DNA of 64,000 nucleotides from assembly GCA_965368245.1 (NCBI GenBank), contig CBDUMD010000007.1, forward strand, positions 2,436 through 66,435. The letters are read 5' to 3'. The DNA is from an uncultured Thermoproteales archaeon. GTDB taxonomy: Archaea > Thermoproteota > Thermoprotei > Thermofilales > B20-G17. Within the stretch, counting starts at the first letter, position 1. Each line of letters starts with the position of its first letter. The position numbers and the translations under genes were made by a program. The notes under the pieces are model-generated. The model saw only the letters and a program-made list of their open reading frames with translations, was not told the origin of the DNA and made no database searches. This document shows positions 28,160 through 37,529 of this stretch, piece by piece.

Positions 28160-29170
28160 ATGACGAAATCTACTGTTGGAAACCCTAGAATATGGAATCT
28201 AGAGAAAGTACACGAGCTCTATGAAATGTATCGGGATATTGGAGGATTTACAGCTAACCTGTTAGTCAAAGCGGTCGACTATGCCCTAGACATGTACCTT
28301 GACGAAGACTCCACAGTCTTCTTCGCGTTTACAGCAAATTTAATTGCCACGGGCTTAAGAACCGTTATTTCCGAGTTCGTTTACAAAGGTTTTGTGGACG
28401 TAATTTTTACTACTGGAGGTACAATTGATCATGACATAGCTAGGAGTATCGGCGGGAGATACTATAAAGGAGATTTCGATGTCGACGATGTGGCGCTCAG
28501 CGAACAGGGGCTACATAGACTTGGAAATATATTTATACCTAAAGAGGACTATGGCCCCCTAATAGAAAAGTTTACCCATAGTGTTTTCGATGAATTTTTA
28601 AATGTTAACGAACGGTCCATAACACTGGGAATTCGTGAAAGCTTATGGCATGTAGGCTCAAAAATAAATGACCCTAACTCCATTTTACGGGCCGCATACG
28701 AGAAAAAAATTCCGATATATTCTCCGGGAGTTGTGGATTCAGCTTTCGGGACGGCTTTATTTACTTTCAGGGAACTTGCTCGCACCAGAGGTAAAAAACT
28801 GATACTCGATGTCCTAAAGGATATGAAAGAGTTATCAGAGATAGTATATTCGCTCAAGACTGTAGGGGGATTAGTTTTAGGAGGGGGAATCAGTAAACAT
28901 CATTTAATCTGGTGGGCCCAGTTTACCGGGGGATTGAAATACGCCATTTATATAACCACGGCGTACGAGTGGGATGGAAGCCTCAGCGGCGCTAGAACCA
29001 GGGAGGCTATAACCTGGGGGAAAATAAAGCCAAGGGCGAAGCACGTTACAGTTTACGGAGATGCCACCGTAATATTCCCGCTTTTTCTCTTAATGTTATA
29101 CGATAAGCTCAAGGATGCAGGCATAAAAGAGAGGAAAAACAAATGTTTTAGACATATCATTAACTACTAG
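28160..29170 (+). CDS. dys: deoxyhypusine synthase
   Basis: FTANLIATGLRTVISEFVYKGFVDVIFTTGGTIDHDI...GGGISKHH...WGKI. ATG 28160 lies inside ORF 28130-29170. Confidence 0.85.
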   Translation: MTKSTVGNPRIWNLEKVHELYEMYRDIGGFTANLLVKAVDYALDMYLDEDSTVFFAFTANLIATGLRTVISEFVYKGFVDVIFTTGGTIDHDIARSIGGRYYKGDFDVDDVALSEQGLHRLGNIFIPKEDYGPLIEKFTHSVFDEFLNVNERSITLGIRESLWHVGSKINDPNSILRAAYEKKIPIYSPGVVDSAFGTALFTFRELARTRGKKLILDVLKDMKELSEIVYSLKTVGGLVLGGGISKHHLIWWAQFTGGLKYAIYITTAYEWDGSLSGARTREAITWGKIKPRAKHVTVYGDATVIFPLFLLMLYDKLKDAGIKERKNKCFRHIINY

Positions 29171-29516
29171 GCGTACTATATTCGACCTTCCATCCGCCCT
29201 TGGGTTTAAGAAACTCCAATCGTCTTTTAACGGTTTCCAGCTCCCGTTCAACCCCTCGAAGCTTTTTCTCCAGCTCTTTCAGCTCCCGTTCTATGTTTTT
29301 CCTCTTTTCCTGTAGTTTATAGTAGATAACTTCGAGCCTAGCATAGGTCATGTAATCTCTAGTGGCGTTTAATTTCTCGTATACGTTATCCTCTTTCTCC
29401 TTAATTTTATTGTATTCGCTAAGTATTTTTTCGCGGTCCTGTACTAGTTTTGTATGTAGGGCTTCCAGTTCCTCTTTCCTTTTTTGTAGGGCTTCTAGAC
29501 TAAGTTCCTTAGCCAC
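29160..29516 (-). CDS. hypothetical coiled-coil protein
   Basis: 118 aa, heptad-rich and Lys/Glu-rich (KRKEELEALHTKLVQDREKILSEYNKIKEKE...). No family recognised. Confidence 0.4.
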   Translation of the reverse strand: MAKELSLEALQKRKEELEALHTKLVQDREKILSEYNKIKEKEDNVYEKLNATRDYMTYARLEVIYYKLQEKRKNIERELKELEKKLRGVERELETVKRRLEFLKPKGGWKVEYSTPSS

Positions 29517-29651
29517 GGCAATTCACCACCAGCTTTTCACATAAAACCTTTATTTTAAATTTTTGTTCACCATTTTTCTAGCCTAACGTGTAATTTTAAA
29601 TCAAAATTATTTTTATACTACGTTTCTAAGAAAATATTTGAGGTAAAAACA

Positions 29652-30098
29652 ATGATTTACTACGAGGATCCCCTACAAGCAATGTTAGAGCTGAAAAAGC
29701 AGATAGACAGGCTTTTCGGAGAACTAGTATCCAGCTTCCACGAAACCATTGAAGCTAAAGGATATTACGAACCCCCGTACGATTTAGAGGAAACAGATAA
29801 TGAATATATAATTCGTGTAGATTTGCCGGGTTTCAATAAGGAGGAAATCAAGGTAAAACTCACAGAAGATACTGTGGAGGTTAAAGCTGAAAAAAGTGAG
29901 GCATGGAAAGCTGAAGATAAGGAAAAGAAGTATATTGTAAAGCAGAGGATATACGACAGTTATAAGAGGATTATTAAACTACCTGAAAAGGTTGAACCCG
30001 ATCCCTCTAAAATCAAGTACACGTTCACTAATGGTGTGCTCGAATTAGTGGTTCCTAAAGCTGCTGCTAAAAAGGAGATTGAACTGAGGCTAGAATAA
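29652..30098 (+). CDS. hsp20: small heat-shock protein (Hsp20/alpha-crystallin)
   Basis: DLEETDNEYIIRVDLPGFNKEEIKVKLTEDTVEVKAEK...FTNGVLELVVPK. Confidence 0.9.
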   Translation: MIYYEDPLQAMLELKKQIDRLFGELVSSFHETIEAKGYYEPPYDLEETDNEYIIRVDLPGFNKEEIKVKLTEDTVEVKAEKSEAWKAEDKEKKYIVKQRIYDSYKRIIKLPEKVEPDPSKIKYTFTNGVLELVVPKAAAKKEIELRLE

Positions 30099-30200
30099 AA
30101 TATCTGCTCATAATACTAATATAATAGAATTTTTTGCAGGTAAAGCATTTTAATGATGATTCTTTAAAGCTATTAGCTGTTACATTAGCAGGGAACCCGC

Positions 30201-32627
30201 ATGAAATTTGAACCCCTACTTAAAGAGAAGATATGGAGCCCTAAGCGGGAACTCGATTTAGTTGATGAATGGTCTAGAGAACAGGTTTATGACTTCGATC
30301 CCAAAGACGATACCCGCCCGGTCTTTGTGATAGATACTCCGCCACCATACCCCTCGGGTAAATGGCATATAGGTGCTGTAGCTCACTACACGCAAATAGA
30401 TATGATCGCTAGAGCCTATAGAATGCTCGGTTACAACGTTTTGGTCCCGTTCTACACCGATAGAAACGGGCTTCCAGTGGAAGTACAGGTAGAAAAGAGG
30501 TTGAACATAAATCCTCGGAAAGTTCCACGGGAAATTTTCCTAAGATACTGTGAAAAATTTTTGGACGAGGTGGAGAAGGAACTAAAAGACATCGTTAAGA
30601 GGTTTGGCATGAGCTTTATAATCTGGAAACATGGAACAGACAGTCCCGAATATAGAAAAATAACACAAGCTACGTTCATAGAACTCTATAAGAAAGGGTT
30701 AATTTACGAGGCTGAGAGACCGGTCAATTACTGTCCCAGATGTAGGACGACATTGGCTGAAGCCGAGCTCGAAGATAAGGTCGAGGAGACAACATTATAC
30801 TATGTGGATTTCACGGTAAAAGATACTGGCGAAAAAATAACGATAGCGACAACTCGGCCGGAGCTCCTTTGTACGTGTAACCTGGTAATCTTCAATCCGG
30901 AGGATAAACGCTATAAACATTTAGAAGGAAAATCGGCCATAGTTCCTATCTATGGACATGAAGTGAAGATAATATCCCATCCCTACGCTAAAATGGGGTT
31001 TGGTACAGGGCTCGTGATGATATGTTCATTTGGCGATAAAAACGATGTAGAAATACATCGTGAACTCAAAATACCATTCAAGGTGGCTATCAATCCCGAT
31101 GGAACAATGAATGAGATAGCTGGTAAATATTCCGGTTTAAGCGTAGTTGAGGCAAGAAAAAGTATAGTGAAGGATCTAGAGAAGATGGGTCTTATAAGTA
31201 AGAAAGAGAGAATAGAGCATACGGTCCCAGTATGCTGGCGCTGTAAAACACCTATAGAATACATTTCCATGAAGGAATTTTATCTAAAGCAACTCGAGTA
31301 CAGGGATGATATTCTTAAAATAATTGAAAAAATAAACTTTCATCCGCCTGAGCACAAGCAACTGCTGATAGATTGGATTAATTCAATAACAATGGACTGG
31401 CCTATAAGCCGCGAACGCTACTACGGAACCGAGGTTCCAGTGTGGTACTGTAAAAAATGCGGGCACATCCACCTACCTCCTCCTGGAAAATATTATAGAC
31501 CTTGGAAGGATCCACCCCCCTTCGAAAAATGTGAGAAATGTGGACATAAAGAGTTTCAAGGAGAAACCAGAGTGTTTGATACGTGGATGGATTCAAGTAT
31601 ATCGGCACTATATGTGTCCGGATACATGCGTGACAAACAGCTGTTTGGGAGGGCTTTCCCTGTATCCCTTAGACCCCAAGGTAAAGACATAATTCGGACA
31701 TGGCTTTACTACTCCATCCTACGGATATACCAGCTGACAGGGAAACCTGCTTTCCAACATGTAAGGATTACCGGGATGGGTTTGGATGAGAAGGGCGAAG
31801 CAATGCATAAATCGAAAGGTAACGTCATCGATCCAACACCTTTCGTCGAAAAGTACGGAGCCGATGCCATAAGATTCTGGGCTGCAAGCGAAGTTAAACT
31901 TGGAAGCGACTACAGGTTCTCCGAACAACGATTGAAAACTGGATTATCCTTTGCAATTAAACTATGGAACATTGCTAGGTTTATATCTATGTTCCCTCAG
32001 GTTGATTTTAAGGAGGTAAAGTTACGTGAGCTCGACCGCGCCCTATTGTCGCGGTTAAACACCGTGATAAATACCGTTATCCATGCATACAGGAACATGG
32101 ACGTCTATGTCCCTGCACACGAAATATACAAATTTACATGGGACATATTTGCAGCCCACTACGTTGAAGCAGTGAAAGCGCGTGCATACAATAGAGACGG
32201 TGGTTTTCCGGTCGCCGAACAGAGGGGAGCATGGTACACTTTGCATGAGGTTTTGAAGTCTGTGCTAAAGCTTCTTGCACCTATAATGCCCTTCGTGACC
32301 GATGCCATATGGCGTAAACTATATGGCGATGGTAAAAGCATACATGTAGAGCAGTTTCCTGAACCCTTTACGTTCATAAAAGAGGACTATAGTAAACTGC
32401 TAGAAGCTTTCATGAAGTTCAATAGTTGCATTTGGAACTATAAGCGCGGTCATGGTCTCTCTTTAAAAGACCCTCTAAACGTCAAGGTTTACGCGCCACC
32501 AATACTCGAGCCCGTTAAAAGAGATCTTGAGGCCATGCATAAGATACCGCAAATAAAGTTCACAGCCCCGCCATCAGGAATAAAGACCTTGAAGTTAAGC
32601 GAAGACATATACATTGAGATAGCATGA
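30201..32627 (+). CDS. valS: class I aminoacyl-tRNA ligase, most likely valine--tRNA ligase
   Basis: 808 aa with PPPYPSGKWHIGA (HIGH region), TTRPELL (CP1 editing domain), Cys pairs CPRC/CWRC/CKKC/CEKC, MHKSKGNVIDP (KMSKS region) and YGADAIRFW. Confidence 0.65.
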   Translation: MKFEPLLKEKIWSPKRELDLVDEWSREQVYDFDPKDDTRPVFVIDTPPPYPSGKWHIGAVAHYTQIDMIARAYRMLGYNVLVPFYTDRNGLPVEVQVEKRLNINPRKVPREIFLRYCEKFLDEVEKELKDIVKRFGMSFIIWKHGTDSPEYRKITQATFIELYKKGLIYEAERPVNYCPRCRTTLAEAELEDKVEETTLYYVDFTVKDTGEKITIATTRPELLCTCNLVIFNPEDKRYKHLEGKSAIVPIYGHEVKIISHPYAKMGFGTGLVMICSFGDKNDVEIHRELKIPFKVAINPDGTMNEIAGKYSGLSVVEARKSIVKDLEKMGLISKKERIEHTVPVCWRCKTPIEYISMKEFYLKQLEYRDDILKIIEKINFHPPEHKQLLIDWINSITMDWPISRERYYGTEVPVWYCKKCGHIHLPPPGKYYRPWKDPPPFEKCEKCGHKEFQGETRVFDTWMDSSISALYVSGYMRDKQLFGRAFPVSLRPQGKDIIRTWLYYSILRIYQLTGKPAFQHVRITGMGLDEKGEAMHKSKGNVIDPTPFVEKYGADAIRFWAASEVKLGSDYRFSEQRLKTGLSFAIKLWNIARFISMFPQVDFKEVKLRELDRALLSRLNTVINTVIHAYRNMDVYVPAHEIYKFTWDIFAAHYVEAVKARAYNRDGGFPVAEQRGAWYTLHEVLKSVLKLLAPIMPFVTDAIWRKLYGDGKSIHVEQFPEPFTFIKEDYSKLLEAFMKFNSCIWNYKRGHGLSLKDPLNVKVYAPPILEPVKRDLEAMHKIPQIKFTAPPSGIKTLKLSEDIYIEIA

Positions 32628-32656
32628 TATTCTGAACCCCACGAACGGTTATATTA

Positions 32657-33133
32657 ATGTCGTCCAGGAAATTCGCTCTAGTTGCCCTTGGAGGAACTTT
32701 TAGTATACTACATAAAGGACATAAAAGTCTCTTATTGACTGCATTCAAGGTAGCAGATGAGGTCATCATCGGACTTTCAACTGATTATCTGGTTAAAAAA
32801 ATAGTGAAAAAACACTATGTTCCCCCATACGAGATACGTTTTAGAAATCTATGTCGCTTCCTGGCCGAAAAGAATCTAATCCACAGAGCGCGCATTGTTC
32901 CATTAATAGACCCCTATGGTCCAAGTATCGACGAGGATAAACTTGAAGCTATAGTTGTTAGCGAAGAGGGCTATAAAAGAGCGCTGGAAATAAATGACAT
33001 TAGGATATGCTGTAACTTGCCACCCTTAAAGATAATCCGCATTGAAATGATTATGGCAGACGACGGCAAGCCCTTATCATGTACACGCATTCTACATGGT
33101 GAAATAAACTCTGAGGGACACGTTATAACCTGA
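32657..33133 (+). CDS. phosphopantetheine adenylyltransferase, archaeal type (cytidylyltransferase fold)
   Basis: ALGGTFSILHKGHKSLL matches the GGTFDxLHxGH motif. Confidence 0.7.
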   Translation: MSSRKFALVALGGTFSILHKGHKSLLLTAFKVADEVIIGLSTDYLVKKIVKKHYVPPYEIRFRNLCRFLAEKNLIHRARIVPLIDPYGPSIDEDKLEAIVVSEEGYKRALEINDIRICCNLPPLKIIRIEMIMADDGKPLSCTRILHGEINSEGHVIT

Positions 33134-34193
33134 AGATTCTCGTTAAATTACGTATCGATACGTCAGCTCCCATAGCCTTTAATCTGCGTTCAAGGTGTAA
33201 CAGGGAGCCTTTTACCTTACTTGAAGGGCAGTAAACTCCCCTCAGATTTCCCACCGATTCAGTTGCAACAAGATGTATATAGTACATTTTTGAGGATTCG
33301 ACTTCACATGCTTCACCTACAATGTTGATACTACCATATGATGGTAAGAGACCTCTAACTGATATCCTAGGTCTCGAAAAAACACATCTATTTATGAAGG
33401 AAAAGTCCCCTACAATAGTTTTTTCTAAGACGCTATCCTTTATCTCAACATAGTCACCTATTATACTGTCTTTAATAACACTGTTCTCGATCGATGACCC
33501 ATACCCTATAGTGGAATTCTCTATTACCGAGTCTTTTATAATGCATTTCTCTCTCAATAATACTCTACCTTTAATCGAAAACTTGCCCACCGTCTCCACG
33601 TGTTTACCTTTTATTGTCAACTGTTCAACATTTTTCTGAAAAGTATATGGGATATTGAGGTTTTTTTCATCGAGTAGTACGTCTTCATCTGGAACTATCT
33701 CTTCTACGAGAAGGTCTCTGAAGGGCAACAACAGTTCAATATGTATCCTACCCTGTAGAAAACGAGTTAAATATCTTGATATATTTTTTCCAACTCTTAA
33801 AGCTACAATATCGAGCCTCGGGGTCAACAAAATATTGTTTCCACGGGTGTCTTCAAGAACATTTAAAATTTTTTCCGCAGCTGAAACCCGTAGCCTAGAG
33901 TTCAGTAATATTAAATCCTCCTGAAGGTTTAATGGATTAACGAGGATCTCTGATAGATAAGTTTCACCAATAAGCCATTTCAACACTGTTTTACTATAAA
34001 TTTTCAAGAAAACATCTTTAAGTGCAGGCCGCATAAACAGAGCTAGCTTTTTGCTTTCAGTATTTTCTGCAAGCTTTTCCACGAGACTCAGGCCCTCAAA
34101 GGGATAGAAACATAGAGGCTTCAGAAACCCTAGACTCTTCCAAAAAGTTGACACTTGGTCTTCGAAGAAGCCTATTACAGGTCTTTTGTACAT
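33123..34193 (-). CDS. hypothetical protein with a left-handed beta-helix (hexapeptide repeat) domain and a degenerate nucleotidyltransferase-like N-terminus
   Basis: IKDSVIENSTIGYGSSIENSVIKDSIIGDYVEIKDSVLEKTIVGD hexapeptide repeats. The N-terminus has no GxGxR motif. Confidence 0.45.
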   Translation of the reverse strand: MYKRPVIGFFEDQVSTFWKSLGFLKPLCFYPFEGLSLVEKLAENTESKKLALFMRPALKDVFLKIYSKTVLKWLIGETYLSEILVNPLNLQEDLILLNSRLRVSAAEKILNVLEDTRGNNILLTPRLDIVALRVGKNISRYLTRFLQGRIHIELLLPFRDLLVEEIVPDEDVLLDEKNLNIPYTFQKNVEQLTIKGKHVETVGKFSIKGRVLLREKCIIKDSVIENSTIGYGSSIENSVIKDSIIGDYVEIKDSVLEKTIVGDFSFINRCVFSRPRISVRGLLPSYGSINIVGEACEVESSKMYYIHLVATESVGNLRGVYCPSSKVKGSLLHLERRLKAMGADVSIRNLTRIFRL

Positions 34194-34227
34194 TCAATAC
34201 TACACCTTTTACACTTTAAGATAATTA

Positions 34228-34300
34228 AGCCGGGGGTGGGAGTTGAACCCACACAAAGCCGGTCTGCAGCCGGCCCCCTTGGCCGCTCGGGCACCCCGGC
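34228..34300 (-). tRNA. tRNA-Cys (anticodon GCA)
   Basis: Reverse complement: GCCGGGG...GCCGG-CUGCAGA-CCGGC, 5-nt variable loop, T arm GUGGG-UUCAACU-CCCAC, discriminator U73. Confidence 0.85.
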
Positions 34301-34476
34301 TCCTAAAAATGAGTAAGCATGCTCACAGTAATAAGCCTAGCGGTCGAAAACCGGTTGGTTGACGCAACTTATTTTCAGTAGTTGAGGTACGCCACATGCT
34401 GGAACACTTACCTAGCTGTTGGAAAAGGAAAGAGATATATTTTTCATCTGGAAGCTTTTATGCTGGCGTATGGGAG

Positions 34477-35055
34477 ATGAAAGAAGTTTACGCTCGACTT
34501 GAAGTACCGATAATGTCAGGTGTTGAGGTAAGCCTAAAGGGAAAAAATATAACCGTAAAGGGGCCTCTAGGCGAGCTTACCAAAGACTTTTCCTACGCAA
34601 AAACCATAGATATTAAGAAGGAGGAAGATAAGATAATAATTGAAGGATATTTTCTCAGAAAGAGGGAAAAAGCCCTTCTAAGGATGATTGCCTCTAAGAT
34701 CCAAAACATGATGATAGGGGTGCTGAAGGGCTACAGGTATAGGATGTACATCGTTTATGCACATTTCCCGATGAACGTGAAAGTTGAAGGAAGAAAAGTG
34801 GTTATAGAAAACTTTCTAGGTAGCAAGGATAAACGAGTTGCAAAAATAATAGGTAGCGACACTAAGGTTTCTGTGACTAAGGACGAGGTTATAGTTGAAG
34901 GAATAGACTTGGAGTCGGTCGGTCAGACGGCGGCTAACATCCACTTAACTGCCCGACTCAGAGGCAAAAACAAGCTTAGCCCCCACGGACGGGCAGGCGG
35001 TCCAGGAGTTTTAGACGGAATCTACCTATATGCTAAAGAACACATAAAGGAATAG
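34477..35055 (+). CDS. rpl6: 50S ribosomal protein uL6
   Basis: GVEVSLKGKNITVKGPLGELTKDFS...ENFLGSKDKRVAKI...RAGGPGVLDGIY. ATG 34477 lies inside ORF 34396-35055. Confidence 0.85.
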   Translation: MKEVYARLEVPIMSGVEVSLKGKNITVKGPLGELTKDFSYAKTIDIKKEEDKIIIEGYFLRKREKALLRMIASKIQNMMIGVLKGYRYRMYIVYAHFPMNVKVEGRKVVIENFLGSKDKRVAKIIGSDTKVSVTKDEVIVEGIDLESVGQTAANIHLTARLRGKNKLSPHGRAGGPGVLDGIYLYAKEHIKE

Positions 35056-35099
35056 AAGCATTTTAACCTTGTTAATTAAAATAAAATATATAACTCCAA

Positions 35100-35255
35100 C
35101 TACTTTCTATACCTCTTTGGACGTAGATCACGTCTCCTACAGCGGCGACACCTTTCGGCGCTCCATGGATTTCTTGCACCGCAACGTCGGCATATTTTAA
35201 CCCGAAATGTTCTATCTAACGCTACCTGTAATTTTACGGGATCAGTTATCGGCAT
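35100..35255 (-). CDS. rpl40e: 50S ribosomal protein eL40 (51 aa; below the ORF-track cutoff)
   Basis: My own translation of the minus strand gives [51 protein letters not shown]. The C4 zinc ribbon and N-terminus are typical of archaeal L40e. An upstream ATG at 35267 is also possible. Confidence 0.8.
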   Translation of the reverse strand: MPITDPVKLQVALDRTFRVKICRRCGARNPWSAERCRRCRRRDLRPKRYRK

Positions 35256-35453
35256 CCTAAACCCCATTTTCTTCTTTTGCTCCTATTTTAAAATATTACT
35301 CTTAGGTTGGCGTCATCAAGGATGCCCGACACCAGTTCAGAGATAGTTGACAAAAGGTATAGTCGGTGAATACAAGTTACAGCGAGTTTTAAGCTATTAT
35401 TGTTTAGAAACATATATCATAGATAATTATAATTAACTTCTGAGGTATTAGGG

Positions 35454-36377
35454 TTGAAAGGAAGGATAAAGGATTTCGGGTGGAGAGGTTTTCTATTGAA
35501 AATACCTGAAACATGGGATCTCACTCGTGAACAAATCAAGAAGAAGAACGGTTTCCTGCAGATAGAAGACGAGTACGGTGTAAGAATTGAAGTGAACTGG
35601 GAAAAAATTCCGTTTGAGAAAATGCCCGATGTAAAAAATACTATGAAAAAAATCATAGAAAATTTAAAAAAGAAGAATCCTAAGCTGAAAGCCATCGGGC
35701 GCGTTAACGTTAAAGTAATGAACCACGATGCGATCCTCTCAAGGATAAATTTAGATGAGGAAAACTGTTCAGATGTGTTACATTGGTATTGCGAGAACAG
35801 TGAAAGGCTTTGCACGTTATTCCTGTATTCAACTACAAAGGATTACGAAAAATACCATTCATTTCTGTCAAAAACCATCCTACCTTCACTTAAATGTCAT
35901 GGAGAGAAGTATTTCTGGAACTTTTACGGTATAAAATTAACCCTCCCTAGCACATTCGACTTAACATACTACAAGGTGACTACTGGACTATCGCTAGCCA
36001 GGTTTTATAGAAGAAAGGACAACGCCTACATTTTATTAGCATACAACAGCATGGCCAACATCATTCTAAAGGAATACTATAATAACCTGGAAGACTGGTA
36101 CGATGCTACGCTTAGGAAAGACGTCGACAAATTTTTCGGGAAATTTGGTAAAATAAAGAGAGAAGACGCTATAGTCTCAGGGCATAAAGCTATTCAACTG
36201 GTGAGCCAGAGAGGCATTCCCCTACCTTTTATTAAAAAGACTAAGAGGATGAGGATTTTCCTTTGGCACTGTGAAAAATCCAATAGACTATACGCTATAA
36301 TAACGGTTTTCAGCGAAGAAAAAGCCAGTGAAAGATACGAGGCTCAGAATATTATAAGGAATCTCAAATGCCATTAA
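35454..36377 (+). CDS. hypothetical protein with an internal duplication
   Basis: 307 aa. The W-x-C-E-x-S-x-R-L module occurs twice (LHWYCENSERLCTLFLYS and IFLWHCEKSNRLYAIITVFS). Confidence 0.5.
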   Translation: MKGRIKDFGWRGFLLKIPETWDLTREQIKKKNGFLQIEDEYGVRIEVNWEKIPFEKMPDVKNTMKKIIENLKKKNPKLKAIGRVNVKVMNHDAILSRINLDEENCSDVLHWYCENSERLCTLFLYSTTKDYEKYHSFLSKTILPSLKCHGEKYFWNFYGIKLTLPSTFDLTYYKVTTGLSLARFYRRKDNAYILLAYNSMANIILKEYYNNLEDWYDATLRKDVDKFFGKFGKIKREDAIVSGHKAIQLVSQRGIPLPFIKKTKRMRIFLWHCEKSNRLYAIITVFSEEKASERYEAQNIIRNLKCH

Positions 36378-36395
36378 ATTAATGCGTAAGATGGC

Positions 36396-36893
36396 TTAAC
36401 GTGCTGGGCGTGCCATAAGGTAGGCATCTTCCCCATCGGAATAGTATCCTTTAAGTAGCCGCACTATCTTGAATCCGAGTTTTTCGTATAGACGTATTGC
36501 TGAAAGATTGGAGGCCCGGACCTCGAGATAATACTCATGTACATCGTAGACTTTTTTCATGGCCTCCATGGCCTTAAGCATAAGCGTCTTACCTATACCT
36601 ATCCCCCTAGCTTCGGGTAAAACGGCTATAGATATAACATGGCCGAGACGGGTAGGTAGATGACGGAAAAACGATCTCCCCCACTCTATTCTACACATAA
36701 TGTATCCTACAACGTCGTTTTCTTTCTCTGCAACGAGAAATGCCTGTGGATAGTTTCTATAATGTTCCATGAAAAAGAAGGAGGGATAGTTTTCGGGGAG
36801 ACATTTTCTATTAATATATATTACTTTCCCCAAGTCTTCAGGCTGAAAATTACGTATAGTATACCCGTTTTTCAATACATTTCCTGTCTCCAT
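36396..36893 (-). CDS. N-alpha-acetyltransferase (RimI/Ard1-type GNAT)
   Basis: HVISIAVLPEARGIGIGKTLM (acetyl-CoA motif A) and YLEVRASNLSAIRLYEKLGF. Confidence 0.8.
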   Translation of the reverse strand: METGNVLKNGYTIRNFQPEDLGKVIYINRKCLPENYPSFFFMEHYRNYPQAFLVAEKENDVVGYIMCRIEWGRSFFRHLPTRLGHVISIAVLPEARGIGIGKTLMLKAMEAMKKVYDVHEYYLEVRASNLSAIRLYEKLGFKIVRLLKGYYSDGEDAYLMARPAR

Positions 36894-36929
36894 GGTTTAC
36901 CGCAGAAAATGAAAAGTTAATTCAATAAT

Positions 36930-37439
36930 TTAGGTTTTGTTTTCGGTGTGGTTTGAAGAATTCTTTTTGGATTTTTCCTCGGCTAGGTAATCTGAGAGGA
37001 AGATTATAGAGATCAGTATAAGGAAATAAAATATAACAAGTATTGGTGATTTATTGAATATGAGAGAAAGGGAGCCCATGTAGGGGATGACCATGTAAAC
37101 TTTACCCTTTATCTGTTCACGTGTTACCGGTCTTGAATCGGGTAGAGAGTTCGCATCCCCCTTGGTTATGTAAGTGTCCATGTTAACTGTCTTTATTACC
37201 CTATGAACTATATAGTCGTTCCCACGTGAGTAAACAACTATGTCGCCGATGTTTATGTCCCCAGCTTGTACGGTCACTATTATATCCCCTACATGGAGGA
37301 CCGGGTCCATACTATAGCTGGAGACAACGGCCACTGGGATGGAGCTGCCTGTAACAAAGCTAAGAATATTGTTGAACTGAAGCATTAATAATGCTAAGAA
37401 TATTACCGCTATAATTTCCGCTATATCGCTAAGCTTCAT
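36930..37439 (-). CDS. signal peptidase I (archaeal/Sec11 type)
   Basis: N-terminal TM segment, VVSSYSMDPVLHVGDIIV (catalytic Ser), YIVHRVI (catalytic His) and GDAN. Confidence 0.7.
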   Translation of the reverse strand: MKLSDIAEIIAVIFLALLMLQFNNILSFVTGSSIPVAVVSSYSMDPVLHVGDIIVTVQAGDINIGDIVVYSRGNDYIVHRVIKTVNMDTYITKGDANSLPDSRPVTREQIKGKVYMVIPYMGSLSLIFNKSPILVIFYFLILISIIFLSDYLAEEKSKKNSSNHTENKT

Positions 37440-37529
37440 TTACCAGTTCCCCATGCAAGATGCTTAGTTATGGTCTTTTACTTATAAAAATACCGAGAAG
37501 AATGCGAGAAAAGTATATATAGAAGCGTA

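Noticed and set aside
30141-30200. AATGATGA box upstream of valS as a possible C/D sRNA
   Set aside because: There is no CTGA D box and no second box pair within 70 nt.
35417-35815. 132-aa minus-strand ORF
   Set aside because: It overlaps the longer plus-strand ORF 35454-36377. Its Phe/Ser-rich low-complexity translation fits an antisense artefact.
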